A stretch of 64,000 nucleotides of DNA from Podarcis erhardii. Taxonomy: Eukaryota. The position numbers and the translations under genes were made by a program. The stretch lies in assembly GCA_964252035.1 (NCBI GenBank), contig OZ176203.1, one strand, 5' to 3'. Below, piece by piece: positions 12,285-25,429 of this stretch. The notes under the pieces are model-generated. The model was given only the letters and a program-made list of their open reading frames with translations, searched no databases and was not told where the DNA came from. The first letter of the stretch is position 1. Each line of letters starts with the position of its first letter.

Positions 12285-12969
12285 CAGTGCCGGATTTACA
12301 TATAAGCTAAACAAGCTATAGCTTAGGGCCCCACTCTCTTGGGGGCCCCCCAAAAAATTAAAGGAAATCAAACCTACATACAGCAACAGTGTTTTGTTTT
12401 GTTTTATTTTGTGTTGTGTAGACTCCTATGATGTAAGTAATGGGCCCCGCCAGCTAGCCTGCTCCCTAAAATATCACTGGTTTGTTCATTTCTATATATA
12501 GGGTGCCTACATTCTGCATGGACTGGTTGCATGGCAAGATGTAGCATGCAGCTGCAGACTGCAGTGCAACACAGTTGAATGTAGGTCAAGCTGTTGTACC
12601 TGTTACCTAATATTAAAGAGTGCTTGTAGACTGGTGATCGTGCAGCACAGACTAAGGGTATGAGTCTTATGCCTACTAATTGATTTCATGTAATACATAA
12701 TTTATTTATTTTGATCCCATTATAAAGTTACTATTAATATACTTCTTCTTAATTGTATTTCACTTCAACAATTACTTCAATAAAATACATATTTTACTTA
12801 TGTGCAAACGGCTTTAGAAACCTATTAGGTCCATAAATTACCATATAGCATATATTCAGCACACACACAAAAAAGCGACAGTTTGTTGTTGACAAAGGAC
12901 AGCTGGACGTGTAAAAGGCCCCATTACCTTCAGTAGCTTAGGGCCTCATCAAACCTAAATCCGGCCCTG
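12285..12969. mobile_element. Non-autonomous hAT element, 685 bp
   Basis: TIRs CAGTGCCGGATTTA / TAAATCCGGCCCTG; subterminal AGCTTAGGGCC repeats; 8-bp TSD ATTGCAAA / ACTGCAAA. Confidence 0.85.
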
Positions 12970-13319
12970 ACTGCAAATTAAAAATAAATGTTGCTAATAG
13001 TGCAGAAGTCAAAGTTAGGTTGATTTGCCCCAGTGCACCGTGCTTATCCTCTTGCATATTTAAAGAAAGGAGAAAATGACAGTAGGAAGAGCAATGATCC
13101 TTTCTTCTTTTTATATAAAAAAACCCCTTTTATTTCTATACAACCAGTGCTTCTTCAGTATCCTCCTGTGTGTTTTTTTATGTTTCGGATCACTGTGCTG
13201 AGTATTCAAGTACTTAAGAGTTAAGTAAAAGAAACTCAAGTTTGCCGGGGGCGGGGGGGGGGGAGTTGCCTTTGATAAATAAACTTGGCTACTGATAAAA
13301 ATTCTGTCTTCCAACACAG

Positions 13320-13492
13320 GTCAAAGATGTAATGAAAAACATCATGGCTGGACTGCAACAGACAAACAGTGAAAAGATCTTGCTGAGCTGGGTCCGTCAA
13401 TCAACTCAGAATTATCCGCAGGTCAATGTTGTTAATTTCACCAGTAGCTGGTGTGATGGTTTGGCTTTCAATGCACTCATCCACAGTCACAG
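13320..13492 (+). CDS. DMD: Dystrophin exon 6 (CH2 start), 173 nt
   Basis: acacag|GTCAAA...CACAG|gtaaga. Translates [57 protein letters not shown](R). Confidence 0.98.
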
Positions 13493-13564
13493 GTAAGAGA
13501 AATGCTACAAATTAACATCCAAATGCCTCTGTTTTTGCTGTGATCATGTGAATTGAAAATACTT

Positions 13565-13830
13565 TATTAGAATCACCTTGCTGGAGCAAGTCCATCTAAT
13601 CCACATTATTGAATTCCAGCAGTGGGGAGCTGGAGGCCTTTCAGAAATGCACAAACAACGGATGTAGGGTGGGATGTGGGCAGCATGTAAGGCATCTTCT
13701 GTTACTTGCTTTCAGCATCCATGAATCAGAGGCATGCTGCCAGTGCTCACAAAGCTCTATTTAGCTATCATGGCTAATTGCCGCTAATAATAGAAATCTA
13801 TCTATTAATTTGTCTAATTGCTTTTAAAGG
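13565..13830 (-). mobile_element. Old CR1-type 3' UTR fragment
   Basis: Motifs such as AGCTATCATGGCTAAT...AATTTGTCTAATTGCTTTTAAAG recalled from reptile CR1 ends; heavily decayed. Confidence 0.45.
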
Positions 13831-14466
13831 TTTATAACATTGTGACAGTTGCCAAATTTTATGTTAATAAATTTCACAAGATAATTATGCTTTGAAAATT
13901 ACTTCCTTTTTGCCTGTTGTTAATCTGCTGTTGTGGATGATCTCTAGTCTTACCAGAATTCCAAGTCTTATCATAGGAATGTTTGTCTTCACTAACTCTC
14001 TTTATGCCAAAGATGTGGAACCTGTGGCTCTCCTATCACCCCTAGTCCTTGCTTTTTACCATTCATAACATTATACTGGTCCATCATGCCTCTTCTCAGT
14101 ATTAGTATTTTCCTCTAAACTAAAGGAGCCTCACATATTTGGTCCTTTTTCAATTAATGCCCCTTTTCCTGGACAATCAGAGCTCAGTTCAGATGCAAGG
14201 GCTTTTGTTTATTTGTTTTGCTTCATGCACAGGGGTTTGAAGCGCAGGTACAGTTATATGACTTTTTCTAAAAGCAGAACAAGGGCCAAATACTAGGTCT
14301 ATTCCAAGGTCTGAAATGAAGAAAGTCTAGGGCCATGATATTAAGGTTGCCATATTTCAAGAAGTGAAAATCCGGACACAAAATCTCCATAAAAAATTAA
14401 GTTTTTTTGCTTCCAATATGAGCTGCCATACGCCCGAGTTTTCATGGACATTTTAACAGGTTTCAA

Positions 14467-15272
14467 AATGATGGGGTTACACTTCCCCTGAAAGAGCAGG
14501 TTCGTAGCTTGGGGGTACTCCTGGATCCTTTGCTGTCACTTGAGACTCAGGTGGCACAGGGTACCTTCCATAAGCTTTGGCTGGTGGCCCAGCTATGCCC
14601 CTATCTGGACAGGGATAGCCTAACTACTGTTGTCTATGCTCTGGTAAGCTCAAGGTGAGATTACTGCAATGCGTTATATGTAGGGCTCCCTCTGAAGATG
14701 GTTCATAAACTTCAGCTAGTGCAGAATTCAGCGGCCAGGTTGCTCAGCAGAGCAATATGGTTTGAGCTTATTATACCAATTCTGGTCCGACAGCACTGGC
14801 TACCAATTAGTTTCCGGGCCCAATTCAAAGTGCTGGTTTTGACCTATAAAGCCTTAAACGGCTCAGGATCACAATACCTCAAGGACTGCCTCTTTCCATA
14901 TGAACCTGCCCGGACCCTGAGATCATCTTCCGAAGCCCTTTTTCATGTGCCTTCTCTTTGAGAGGTGTGGAACACGAGAACAAGCCTTCTCTGCAGTGGC
15001 TCCCCATCTGTGAAATGCTCTCCCCAGAGAAGTTCGCTTGGTGCCTTCATGATACACCTTTCGGCGCCAGGCAAAAACATTTCTTTTCTACCAGGCCTTT
15101 GGTTGATCTGATTGACATCCTATGCCCTTTTAAAATTGACATCCTATGCCCTCTTGCGGGCGGGGGGCATTGTGTTGTTGTTTTTCTTTTGATTATATAT
15201 ATTGTGGTTTTTTATGTTGATCTTGTTCTGTGAACTGCCCTGAGACCTCCGGGTATAGGGCGGATATAAATA
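14467..15272 (+). mobile_element. L2 LINE 3' portion, different subfamily, decayed
   Basis: Encodes PLKEQVRSLGVLLD, KLQLVQNSAARLLS, HWLPISFRAQFKVLVLTYKALNG, with frameshifts. The 3' end TGAACTGCCCTGAGACC...GGGCGGATATAAAT is followed by (AC)n. Confidence 0.85.
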
Positions 15273-15275
15273 CAA

Positions 15276-15297
15276 ACACACACACACACACACACAC
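15276..15297. repeat. (AC)n microsatellite at the L2 3' end
   Basis: Seen directly. Confidence 0.95.
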
Positions 15298-16869
15298 CCC
15301 TCCTAGATTTTGGCAGACAAATCCTGGCTATGTCCTGGAAATTCCAGGTGTATGGCAGCCCTAATGATATCTTCCTGAATTTGGGAACTCTCTTTAAAAG
15401 GTGCCCTATCAATGGAATTGGGAAACAGAACAGTTTCTTGCTCTGATCCTCCCCCTGCTCCCCATCTGCCCTTACAACATTGTTGTCTTTTAATCCGTTG
15501 TCAAATAAGTGTGTTTTCAGTTGAAAAGATTTGTTGCAGGGGGCAGGAAAGAGAGTATTGTTCTGGTTGTTTCTGGGACTATGGAAACATGTTCCTGGCC
15601 ATTTAACAGCCACCCCTGTGTGTGTTCATAATAGAAACAAACATTAGCTGATAGCTTGCAAGACACTTAATAACAGTGTGGTGCTTTAATTACACACCTT
15701 CATAGAAGCAACACAGCAAGACTTAATTTATTATTTAGGCATTTGAAGCTAGCAGGAGTGACCTTAAACCTAGCCTGAGAGGAGCACCTAGCATTATGTG
15801 GCAGCCTACATAATACAGCACTAATTTGACCACATTGCTGAAAGTGGCTCTTATCTCTCTGGTTAGTGGAACCGGATTGTAGTCCTCCAAGCACATGCTT
15901 TCAAAGCAGATACTTAAAAGTCAACATAATTGCATCACAGTCAGTCAAGTGCAAATTGCTACTGATAAATTTCTCTTTGACTCTGTTTTGATGGGAGAAA
16001 GGCGGGTGTTTTTACAGTAAAATGTAGGGAGGGAGAATAGCAGAAGAAGCATGAAAATGAGTACCTTTTGTTGAATGGTGAGAATAATTCTGTCTTCTAC
16101 ATCTTTTCATTAAGTGTCTCTGGAAATGGTACTCAATAGTTATTGGCCTTGGGGATGATGCTGAGTATGAGAGTTGTCCCCCAGTAATTAAAAATATGTG
16201 CCAGTTATGTTTTGTGTGTGCTTGTTTTACTGTTCTGTCATAACATGGTGATTTGTGATTCTATTTATTTAGCACTAGGTACATACCCTCTTAAGAGTCT
16301 ATTTGTCGGCATAGTAAATCTTAGTTCTGTGCTAATAATGCTTTTCAGCTATAAATTCAAATTAATGCAAAGTCCCATATTAACAGTTCCATATTTAAAA
16401 GTCTGGTGCTGCCTGAGTTCAGGAATACATTTCACATATGTATGAGTGTCTTCCATACCAGTGCTTTTCAAAATCCACCCTCCATCAACTTGTAATGTAT
16501 TATGAGTGATAAAGACAACTTCTCAATTTGTTTGACCATTGGTTCTCAAACAGAACTTAGTGAAAATCCCCTGCACTATTTTTTGCATCTACCCTGTTAT
16601 CCATAAGAAATATATATTTAGTGATTCATACAGAAACCTTTATTCATCATATCCACTATTTCTTTCTGCCTATTTTGCTTTGCTCCTCCCATCTCCTCCC
16701 ACAGTTACTGGGACATGCTTAGGACAAACCTCTTAAAACACGCGCCTTTTCTTGGAGCAGACACACAATAAGAAGTTTAAAGCACAATTAGAAACACAAT
16801 TCAAAAGCCTGGATGAATAAAAAAGGTCTTCAGTTGACAGCTAAAAACCATAGACAAGACGTCTAGTGA

Positions 16870-17080
16870 TTATTAATTACTTGGATCCATTCCAGTCTTG
16901 CTCCAGGCCTGGCCTTGGCATTAAACTAACTTTGTTGCTGTGGTTGATGACATTTCTTCGGAGAGAAATTAAGGGAGTGTGGTCCACCTTTCTCTGCTTG
17001 ACCACAGAGTCCTTCTGGAGTGTCTTGGGAAAGTTACAGTTGGGGCACTGTACTTCATTGATTCCATTCCTTCCTCGAGA
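16870..17080 (+). mobile_element. Decayed L2 RT fragment
   Basis: YLDPFQSCSRPGLGIKLTL resembles the L2 motif LDPFQSGFRPGHGTETAL. Confidence 0.55.
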
Positions 17081-17427
17081 GCCAGGAAGTAGTTATGGTA
17101 GCCCTGGTTTGTGGAAATTTGGCTTCTTGAAACAAATCAATATTGTGGTTTATGATCCTGATTTGTTAACAAACCAGAGCCTAAACTAACCCAAGTTCTC
17201 CCTGTTCAGACAAAGTGACAAACTCTGGTTAGTTTAAAACAGGAAGTGAATGCTTCTATTTTCCTCCTGGCTGCAGTAACCCTATCCCATGAAAACATGA
17301 AGTTCATTCTGCTGCTCATTCCCATACGGTTAAACCACAGTTTATCATTATATGCGGAATAGACTACAGTATGTCTTTGTGGTGCATTGTTTACTGAAGC
17401 ACTTAAATGCTTTGTCTTCAGTTATAT

Positions 17428-17489
<62 letters not shown>

Positions 17490-17662
17490 CTTATTATTTC
17501 TACCCCGCCCATCTGGCTAGGTTTCCCCAGCCACTCTGGGCAGCTTCCAACAGAAGGTTAAAAATACATTGAAACATCAGTCATTAAAAACTTCGCTAAA
17601 CAGGCCTGCCTTCATATGTCTTCTAAATATCATAAAGTTGTTTATTTCTTCGACATCTGATG
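17428..17662 (-). mobile_element. L2 3' fragment with an expanded (AAC)21 tail
   Basis: 17491-17662 matches the L2 3' UTR at 62790-62960; 17428-17490 is a perfect (AAC)21. Confidence 0.85.
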
Positions 17663-19284
17663 TGGTGAACTGACCCAAAAGTCTAATAATACTTATTTTA
17701 AGTTATTAAAATAGTCATATACTGCTTCCCTGCTGCTGTCCTTGGGACAATCAAAGGGCTATGGCGTGGCTGGGACTGGCAGGTGGGGAAGCACTGAGCA
17801 GACTGAGGCCCACTGAAAAATGGCTCAATCCTGACTGGTGGGTCTTGGTCCACTGTTTTAGAAGCACTACTATAATAAATCCAAGAAAAGTGGGTTTTGT
17901 TTGTTTGTTTTTTGAAATTTTAATATGTTCTTTGTGGATTATTATGTTTTCTCCTGTGCATGTTACCATTCATATTTACTTATATTTCACATCTGGAACT
18001 ACTCTGCTTTTCATCATGGGACAGTCCCCTCCCCCCCTCCGAAAAAAAAATAAAGAAATCATTTTGCAAAAGATAAGAAACTGTTGTAATAGCAAAAGCT
18101 TTTAATAATTCTGAAAGGAAAAACTTCACATTGCAGTCTTCATGCTAGTGAATGAAATTTTAAGTATCAGGCATAAAACTAGATTTGAATCAGGAGATTG
18201 CATTTCTCCAATATCTTGTGCAATGTGTTAACACGGCCCCTTTATACAAGTCCACATAATGTATAGTCAATACATCTCTGTTTAAAGGTTTGTTTGCATT
18301 AAATTCCATTAGTGGTAGTCTCCAGAGAAAACCATTCCCTAACAAGGTGTAGCAATAAAAAGATTCATTGTTTCTTCCAGTAATGCTGCCTGTGAAAATA
18401 CTTGCTATGTATGCAATGGTTCCATTCAACGAGAATATTCACTTATTTAATTGAATACACTTCATTTTTAGGAAGCCAATATTTTTTCAAGGATAATTAG
18501 ATGCTGACTTTCAGCATTTTATTAATGATTTTATATATTTAAAATATTTCCTGTATTTTGTATTTGTGAAGAAAATGCAAATATGACCAGATGACCTTTT
18601 TCAACTCTCTGCTTAGCCGTGAAACAAAAAGTGTGGAACGAGTCACTATCTTTCAGATTAACTTGTCTCGCTGGGTTGTTATGCAGTTCTTAGCTGCTTG
18701 GGTTGAGTCAGAGCACCCTTCCCAACACGGTGTCCTCCAGCTGTTTTGAACTAGGCCTCCCATCCCTCTAATGTCTCATTGTGCTGCTCTTGTGTGTCTA
18801 TATCTGTTGGAAGCAGGTAGAAATCTGCTGAACCTAAGGCGCAGGCACCACACCTGCCGTAGACTGAATCGAACACATATTTAATTGAGTAGGATTAGAT
18901 TTCCGTCTTCTGTAATCTTGAAAACAAATTTACCTGTCCTAATGGGTAACTTAGCTAAAACTAGGGTGTCTAAAATTAATAGAATTATTTATACTGCAAA
19001 CAGTGTAACTAATAGTATAGGGTCCCATACTGTTTATCTAAGCTGTAATTTGATCCCTGCCTATAAAACATTTAAGACTGGCCTGCAGCATTTCACGGAT
19101 ACAGCGGAATTTCTCATTTGTATGTTTTAATTTTGTATGAGATAGAAAATGATTTTTTAAAAAACCAAAACAAAAAAAACTAAGGGTCTCTCCAGCCCTG
19201 TGATGCAGTTGACTAGCCCTCCAAATCTAGAATTGCACATAGAATTGCATAGGTAACTTTACAAGATTTCCCTTTTCTTTTCAG

Positions 19285-19403
19285 ACCAGATCTATTTGAC
19301 TGGGATAGTGTGGTTCGCCAACAGTCAGCTGTACAACGATTAGACCATGCATTCAACGTAGCCAAACGACACCTAGGAATCGAAAAACTCCTTGATCCTG
19401 AAG
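19285..19403 (+). CDS. DMD: Dystrophin exon 7, 119 nt
   Basis: tttcag|ACCAGA...CTGAAG|gttagt. Translates [39 protein letters not shown]. Confidence 0.98.
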
Positions 19404-22099
19404 GTTAGTGTGCATCAGGTTCTGTTTGTAAGTGTATGATCAATTTTCTCCATGCAGTTGCCAGGGAAAAGGTTTATCCACTTTCATTTTTATAGTTGCA
19501 GCACACAAACAGGTTTTCATCTAGTTTACTGAAACTTCAAAGTTAAGGTTGCTTTTTACTCACCTAGATAATTAATTCCTTAAGATTCAAAATGATTTAA
19601 GCAAACACTTCTGGATTTACAGCAAACTTTTAAAGGTGTATGTTCTTTGTTAAGCACCATGGTAAAGTAGCTGTTTTTCTTCAAAGGCGCTTAGATTTGC
19701 AGTTCTTATTGCTTACAATAGAAGTTGCAGTTCATCAGCATTTTTGAAATTATGTCCTAAATTTGGATGTGAGGAGCTGGTTTAAGTTATTCACAGACAA
19801 TGATTCATGAATCATTCATTATTCTTTTTATACTAATTTCACTTTTTTGGATGTTTGGATGAAAGGGTTTTTTGAGGAGGAGCACTAAAGTTTGAACTTT
19901 TTATATCTTCCTGTTTCAATCTGAATTATTTTTGTGTATGTTTTAAGCTTTCTCTTTTTTGCTTCTGACTTTTGAGGTGATTGTTCAAGTACAAAGTGAG
20001 CCCCCAAATGGCAAGTTTTGCTCTTACCCTGAAGTCTACCAATTGTTTGTTAATAATAGGGAATGTGTAGTAATTATTGGTCATGGAAATACAAGCATAA
20101 AGCTTGGAAATAACATTTCACATTCAAATATTGTCCTCTTCTCTAAGACGGATATGAAGACGACCCATTTGGCTGTTAATTAGTGACAAGAAACACTATT
20201 AATATAATATAGGGTCTTCTTTTTGTGTCGTGGGTCTGAGCCTTGACACTGGAAATTCTAGCCTTGGAAATTTTGTCAGACTTTATTGTAAGTCACCTCC
20301 ATTATGTAGTATGTGTGTAGGCTTACATGTTTGCACTACAAACATCACTTGTATACCTTTTTATAACAATTTTACATAAACAGCTCAAGTAATTTAATTA
20401 AGATAAAAATTACTATTGTGCTCACAGCTGTGTTATGTAAACTGCTTAGAGGTTTTTTTTAATCATTGAGCATTGGACAAATTCTGTTAAATAATTAAAT
20501 ATCGTATTCTCACAAAAAATTCCCTTCTATGAAATCTCCTTTAATTAACCAATGTAGATGTTCTTGGCACACTAGGCCTCAGGCAAGCATATCAGAGCAA
20601 AACATACACTGCATGATGGAAGAGAATTTCATTTGGTCACAATATTAAAGTGGACTGACTCAATTTGCACCTCCTGAACTAATACACAGGTTGGAACATA
20701 ATTATCCTTCGACTTTCACACTTCTTTGAATTTTGTGGTAAAGTTCTCAGCTGAAGAAGTGTTCCAATATGCATTATAAATGAATATTCTAGGCTGAGGG
20801 TGCATTTAGAAATACATACACTGTCTGTTTGAAACTTGGAAAGATTGATACATTTGATTTAGCTTCATCTCTCAAACTCAAGCCATAGTTTAACTGCACA
20901 AGCACACTTTCTGTGTTCTAAATGAGGACCAGGGCAAACAACTCTGTTAAAAATGTTGCTTGCTCTTCTTATACACTGCTTCTGATTAGCTCCAGAAAGA
21001 TACGATAGATCCATATTTATATTATACAATTTAACCTCATTCCTCTGGGATGTGTAGGCTCCCACTCCTTGCTTGTGACCTGACCTGGCCCAGCCTACCC
21101 CCACAAAAACAAAGCAGCAAGCAAAATTATTTTTCATTTGGTGAAAATGATAATATTTATGTTTGGTAGGTAAGAGTATAAATATTCATATCTGAGAAAT
21201 TATTAAAATTGGTAGCTGGTTGACAGAGGAAATGCTTCTTTACCTAAATGCATCTAATAGAAATATGAAAAATATTCATGCAACATTTATTTGTAGTGGC
21301 CACTCTCAAGTGAATTTGGTACTTCCATTATGAGAAATACAATCTATCAGTACTGAGCTGATTCCTATCATCTTTTCATGTGGTTGTATGTTTTTCACAG
21401 AAAGTCTCCTGATAAGCTTGGTAAACAGTTGTCTAAAACTATGATCTAGTGAGTAGGGAAATGTATGTATATTTATCTAGAGGTACATCATTAGTATTCT
21501 AGGGGGCAAAGGGCCAGAGTAAGAAAGGCACACATCAGGGTAGGTTTTTTTAGTTATGTAACGATAAGGAATATTACATACTAATGAAGCAGTTTCCAAA
21601 TTGAAATGCTGATTTTAAATGTTCTCCTGCTCCCAGTATGAAGGCCCTGATTTTTTGACATCATATTATTAATGCAGTAACTTAATATGTCTATTAAAAC
21701 CCTCAATAGTTACTTATTATGAAGTACTTCATACATAATTAAATTGCTAACAGGTCAATTGGGTAATAATAAATCGACTCATAAATATGGAAAAGGAAAT
21801 GTTTTTAAATGAGACTTCAGTTGTAACGGAGACACTATTTTTTGTACTCTCCCCCACCCACCTTTTCAAAATGATGAAACAGTGCATTCACTGTTTTATT
21901 GCTCTATTTTTCAAAGTTTCATTACAGTTTTCAGTACAATTTGCCATTTGCTTCTTCTGAAGAAATTATCGCACTATTTTTATGATTGTCTTCTAATAGT
22001 ATGGAAGTGTTTGAATAAGCATGCAGTTGATTTTTATATTGTCTGTGTGTCTGATTGAAGCTCCAAGCTTTATGCATTGAGCAGGTTTGCTATGTATAC

Positions 22100-22235
22100 C
22101 AGGCTTCCTCAAGCTCGGCCCTCCAGATGTTTTTGGCCTACAACTCCCATGATCCCTAGCTAGCAGGACCAGTGGTCAGGGATACTGGGAATTGTAGTCT
22201 CAAAACATATGGAGGGTCGAGGTTGAGGAAGCCTG
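22100..22235. mobile_element. hAT-Charlie-like MITE, 136 bp
   Basis: TIRs CAGGCTTCCTCAA / TTGAGGAAGCCTG; palindromic core; perfect 8-bp TSD ATGTATAC. Confidence 0.88.
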
Positions 22236-22619
22236 ATGTATACAGACAAAACCCAGAGGTGGATCCAAACTAAGCTAGGTTCCTTCCATTGAAATCCATT
22301 GAACAATTAATAATGGCCTAAGCTTCATTAATTTCCGTGATTCTTACATGAATCAGTGGGACCTAAATCATGACCAAGTCCTAACCATGTCTTCTCAGAA
22401 GTAAATCCTATTAATTCAGTTCTACTAAATATGTGAAGGAGCCCAAGCACCTGGGGATATTGGGGGTGGGGCTTCTGCATGGGCTTCTGTCACATCCTCA
22501 CTTAGAGCACATACTCATGTGTAGGGCCTGTGTAATTATTATTATTATAATTGTACCTTAACATTTTAGGTGTTTAATTGAGTGCTTATGTGAATAGTTA
22601 AATAGTTAAATGCTTAAGA

Positions 22620-22756
22620 CAGGGGTGAGGAACCTGTGGCCCTACAGATGTTGCTAGACTACAGTTCTAATGATCTCCAGCCACTGGCCATGCTGGCTTG
22701 GGCTGATGGGAATTGGAGTCCAAGAACATGTGCAGGGTCACAAGTCCCCCACCCTG
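22620..22756. mobile_element. hAT-Charlie-like MITE, 137 bp, older
   Basis: CAGGGGTGAGGAACCTGTGGCCC ... GGGTCACAAGTCCCCCACCCTG; TSD GCTTAAGA / GCTTAAGC. Confidence 0.75.
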
Positions 22757-22795
22757 GCTTAAGCAGTGAAGATAACATATTAATCCATTTTTGCT

Positions 22796-22797
<2 letters not shown>

Positions 22798-22862
<65 letters not shown>
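22798..22862. repeat. Compound (CT)n(TG)n microsatellite
   Basis: About 25 CT units then 7 TG units. Confidence 0.97.
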
Positions 22863-22863
<1 letters not shown>

Positions 22864-23142
22864 TTTATGAAATGAGACATAGTGCATCTAAGATAATACT
22901 TTTTCTTGGATCAGCCCGTCTCAACTATACTGGAAACAAGCAAATTAATGTTACTAATCATTTGTATTACAGACAGAATAGGCTAATTTCATTCTTTCAG
23001 AATAATTAAGGCACAATAGGCAGAGTTGTGAAAAATATCTTTTTATAATGGTTGCCCATAAACATGATTGCCAATAAAAATGGAGCATAATAGGGAGGAC
23101 ATCTGTTCATAAAACATGTCAAATATTTGTGGAGACCATATG

Positions 23143-23145
23143 TTT

Positions 23146-23197
<52 letters not shown>
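23143..23197. repeat. (TTTC)13 microsatellite
   Basis: Seen directly. Confidence 0.97.
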
Positions 23198-25429
23198 AAA
23201 CCTTCCAGTAGTAAGATTATGGAGGCAGCTTTTGGGAATACTTGCAGTTTGATTTAACATCATCAGCATTCAAGGCAATTTGGGACAGTTATTTCATACT
23301 CGTATTGTTTTCCTCTTGCTGCTTCCCAATTGTTTTTTCGGCATAACTGACACCCAGAAACCACATGGGGATAGTGCTGATCCCCACATTAACTGCAGAT
23401 CAGAATCAATGTCATTGGCATTGCCGCAAAAAGCCACTATTGCAGAAAGAAAGAAAGATGAGTGCAAAACATTGGTGCTTTGCTTTTGGAGGATCTTTGC
23501 TTCTATCTTCAGCATAACCACATTGCCTGAATCATGTTTGTGGTGGCTGAGACTTTTTCAATATTGATCTTTTCCCTACAGTATTCCATCTGTAATATAG
23601 ACAATAGCTGACTTTTTAATGCAGATAGTTTATCAGTCAGTAATATTATTTTCATGGAGAGCAGTATCTTGTCTCCCCTCAGACTCACTTCCCCACTAGT
23701 AATGGTAGCTGAGGAAGAAGGATTGCTGCCCGTATTCTCTCCTACTGGCAATGTTCCCCAGTTTTCTGAAAAACTAGGTGTTGCTTGGGCACACGCCTAT
23801 ACTCAGTTTCTTAGCCGCTACTACATTTTATTTGTAATTTCCCAAAATTGCAATGTAATAAAAATCAGTTTTAAAAAGAGGTTAAAAAAAAGTTTTCAAA
23901 TAAACACAACATTTTAAAATAGTGAAGGTGCCTCAGTTTCTGTAGGCTCTGGTTTGTATTGCTCTCTTGGGATAGTGCATCAGAATGATTTTATGCTAAC
24001 TTGACATATTCCTTCAAAGTTTTGGGTGGGTGGGTGTTTAGTAAAGAAAATACTGCAGTGTTTCTAAAAAGTTGTCTTTTAATTAGTTCTGGAGATCTTA
24101 GAGTTACCACCAAAATTTCATTTCAAGCAAAAATTAAACTTAAACAGGGTTTCTTCCTCAGGAAAAAAAAACCATTTGTTTTGAGTGTATCAATAAGAAA
24201 TGGAGGACAACCTAGCCAAATGCTTTCCAGACCTGCAGGGAAACTCGCTGTTCAAATCTGGTTAAGCGGAAGACAGGCCCTGCCTGAAGCTTTCCAACAG
24301 CTGAAATGCAATTGCCCAAGAAAGTACTTTCTTTCTTCTGATTCCACATTTTTCCTCCTCATACATTTGTCTTATGATTCAAATATTGAATGATACCACA
24401 GAGAGCTAATCCTATCCAGATTTATCCCAAAGTAACTTGAGTTTAATCAGTCTTAACCCTATAGTAAGTGGGTATAGGATTACAGCCCCACTTCTCTGTG
24501 ATATTGACTCACAGCACATTCCTAGTCTATTCTGAAGTAAACTCTATTGACTTCAATGAATTTATTTCCAAGAAAATAAGTCTAGGATTGCAGCCAACAT
24601 TATATACCGTATGCAGATTAAGGAATTTGCTTTTGAATTGGGAGTCATAGAACTCCATTTATTAAGGCTGCAATCCTAGGCTCGCCTGCTTGGGGTGAAA
24701 AATGTTCCATTGCATTCAGTGGGCTTGCTTCTGAGCTAACCTTCTTAAATGCTGCAATTAGGCTTTTATGTAATTATTTTCTTTATCTTCAAATCCTGTT
24801 CCCTGTTTTGTATGCTTATGGAATAAGATAGTTAAATCTCTGTATTACATGTAATTCAGTGGCAATGAAATACTGTAAAATTCATTTGCTTTGGAATTAA
24901 TTAAGATTAACCGTTAGGCACCTAATAGAATTGGGATTATTAATCTTTAAATCTCACTTTTTTTTATTTAAAAAAACAACTCTCGCATAAGGCAGATAAG
25001 AGATAAACAATTATCTCTTTTTTGACATGGAGTTTTGACTGTCATATGAAAGGACATCAAATATTAAAATTCAAGGGTGGTGTAGGATCACATACACGTA
25101 TACTGCTGTTATATGCCTAGTTATTCCATTTCTTCAGGATTACCTAGTCCTACTTGTTTTCAGGCTAAGCATGAATGGATGAACTGCAATTAATTTACAT
25201 TTTTTTGTTTACATAAATTCATGATGTTATATTGAAGATGAAGTGTAGATCTGTTGTGCCTCCAGGGTGTCAGCTTGTTTTTCTGGGACCAGTTTACTGC
25301 ATGGGGACTGGGGCCCTCTATTGAACTCATCAAAGATGACCCAAGTTTGCGTACAAATTGCATATGTTTTGTGAACATGAAAATATATGCAAATTTTTTG
25401 CTCCCTTTTGCAGGTGGGTTTTTGTTTTG

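Noticed and set aside
14343-14460. hAT-like AGGTTGCCATA...CCGGACA fragment
   Set aside because: A single decayed end with no TSD, too weak to delimit.
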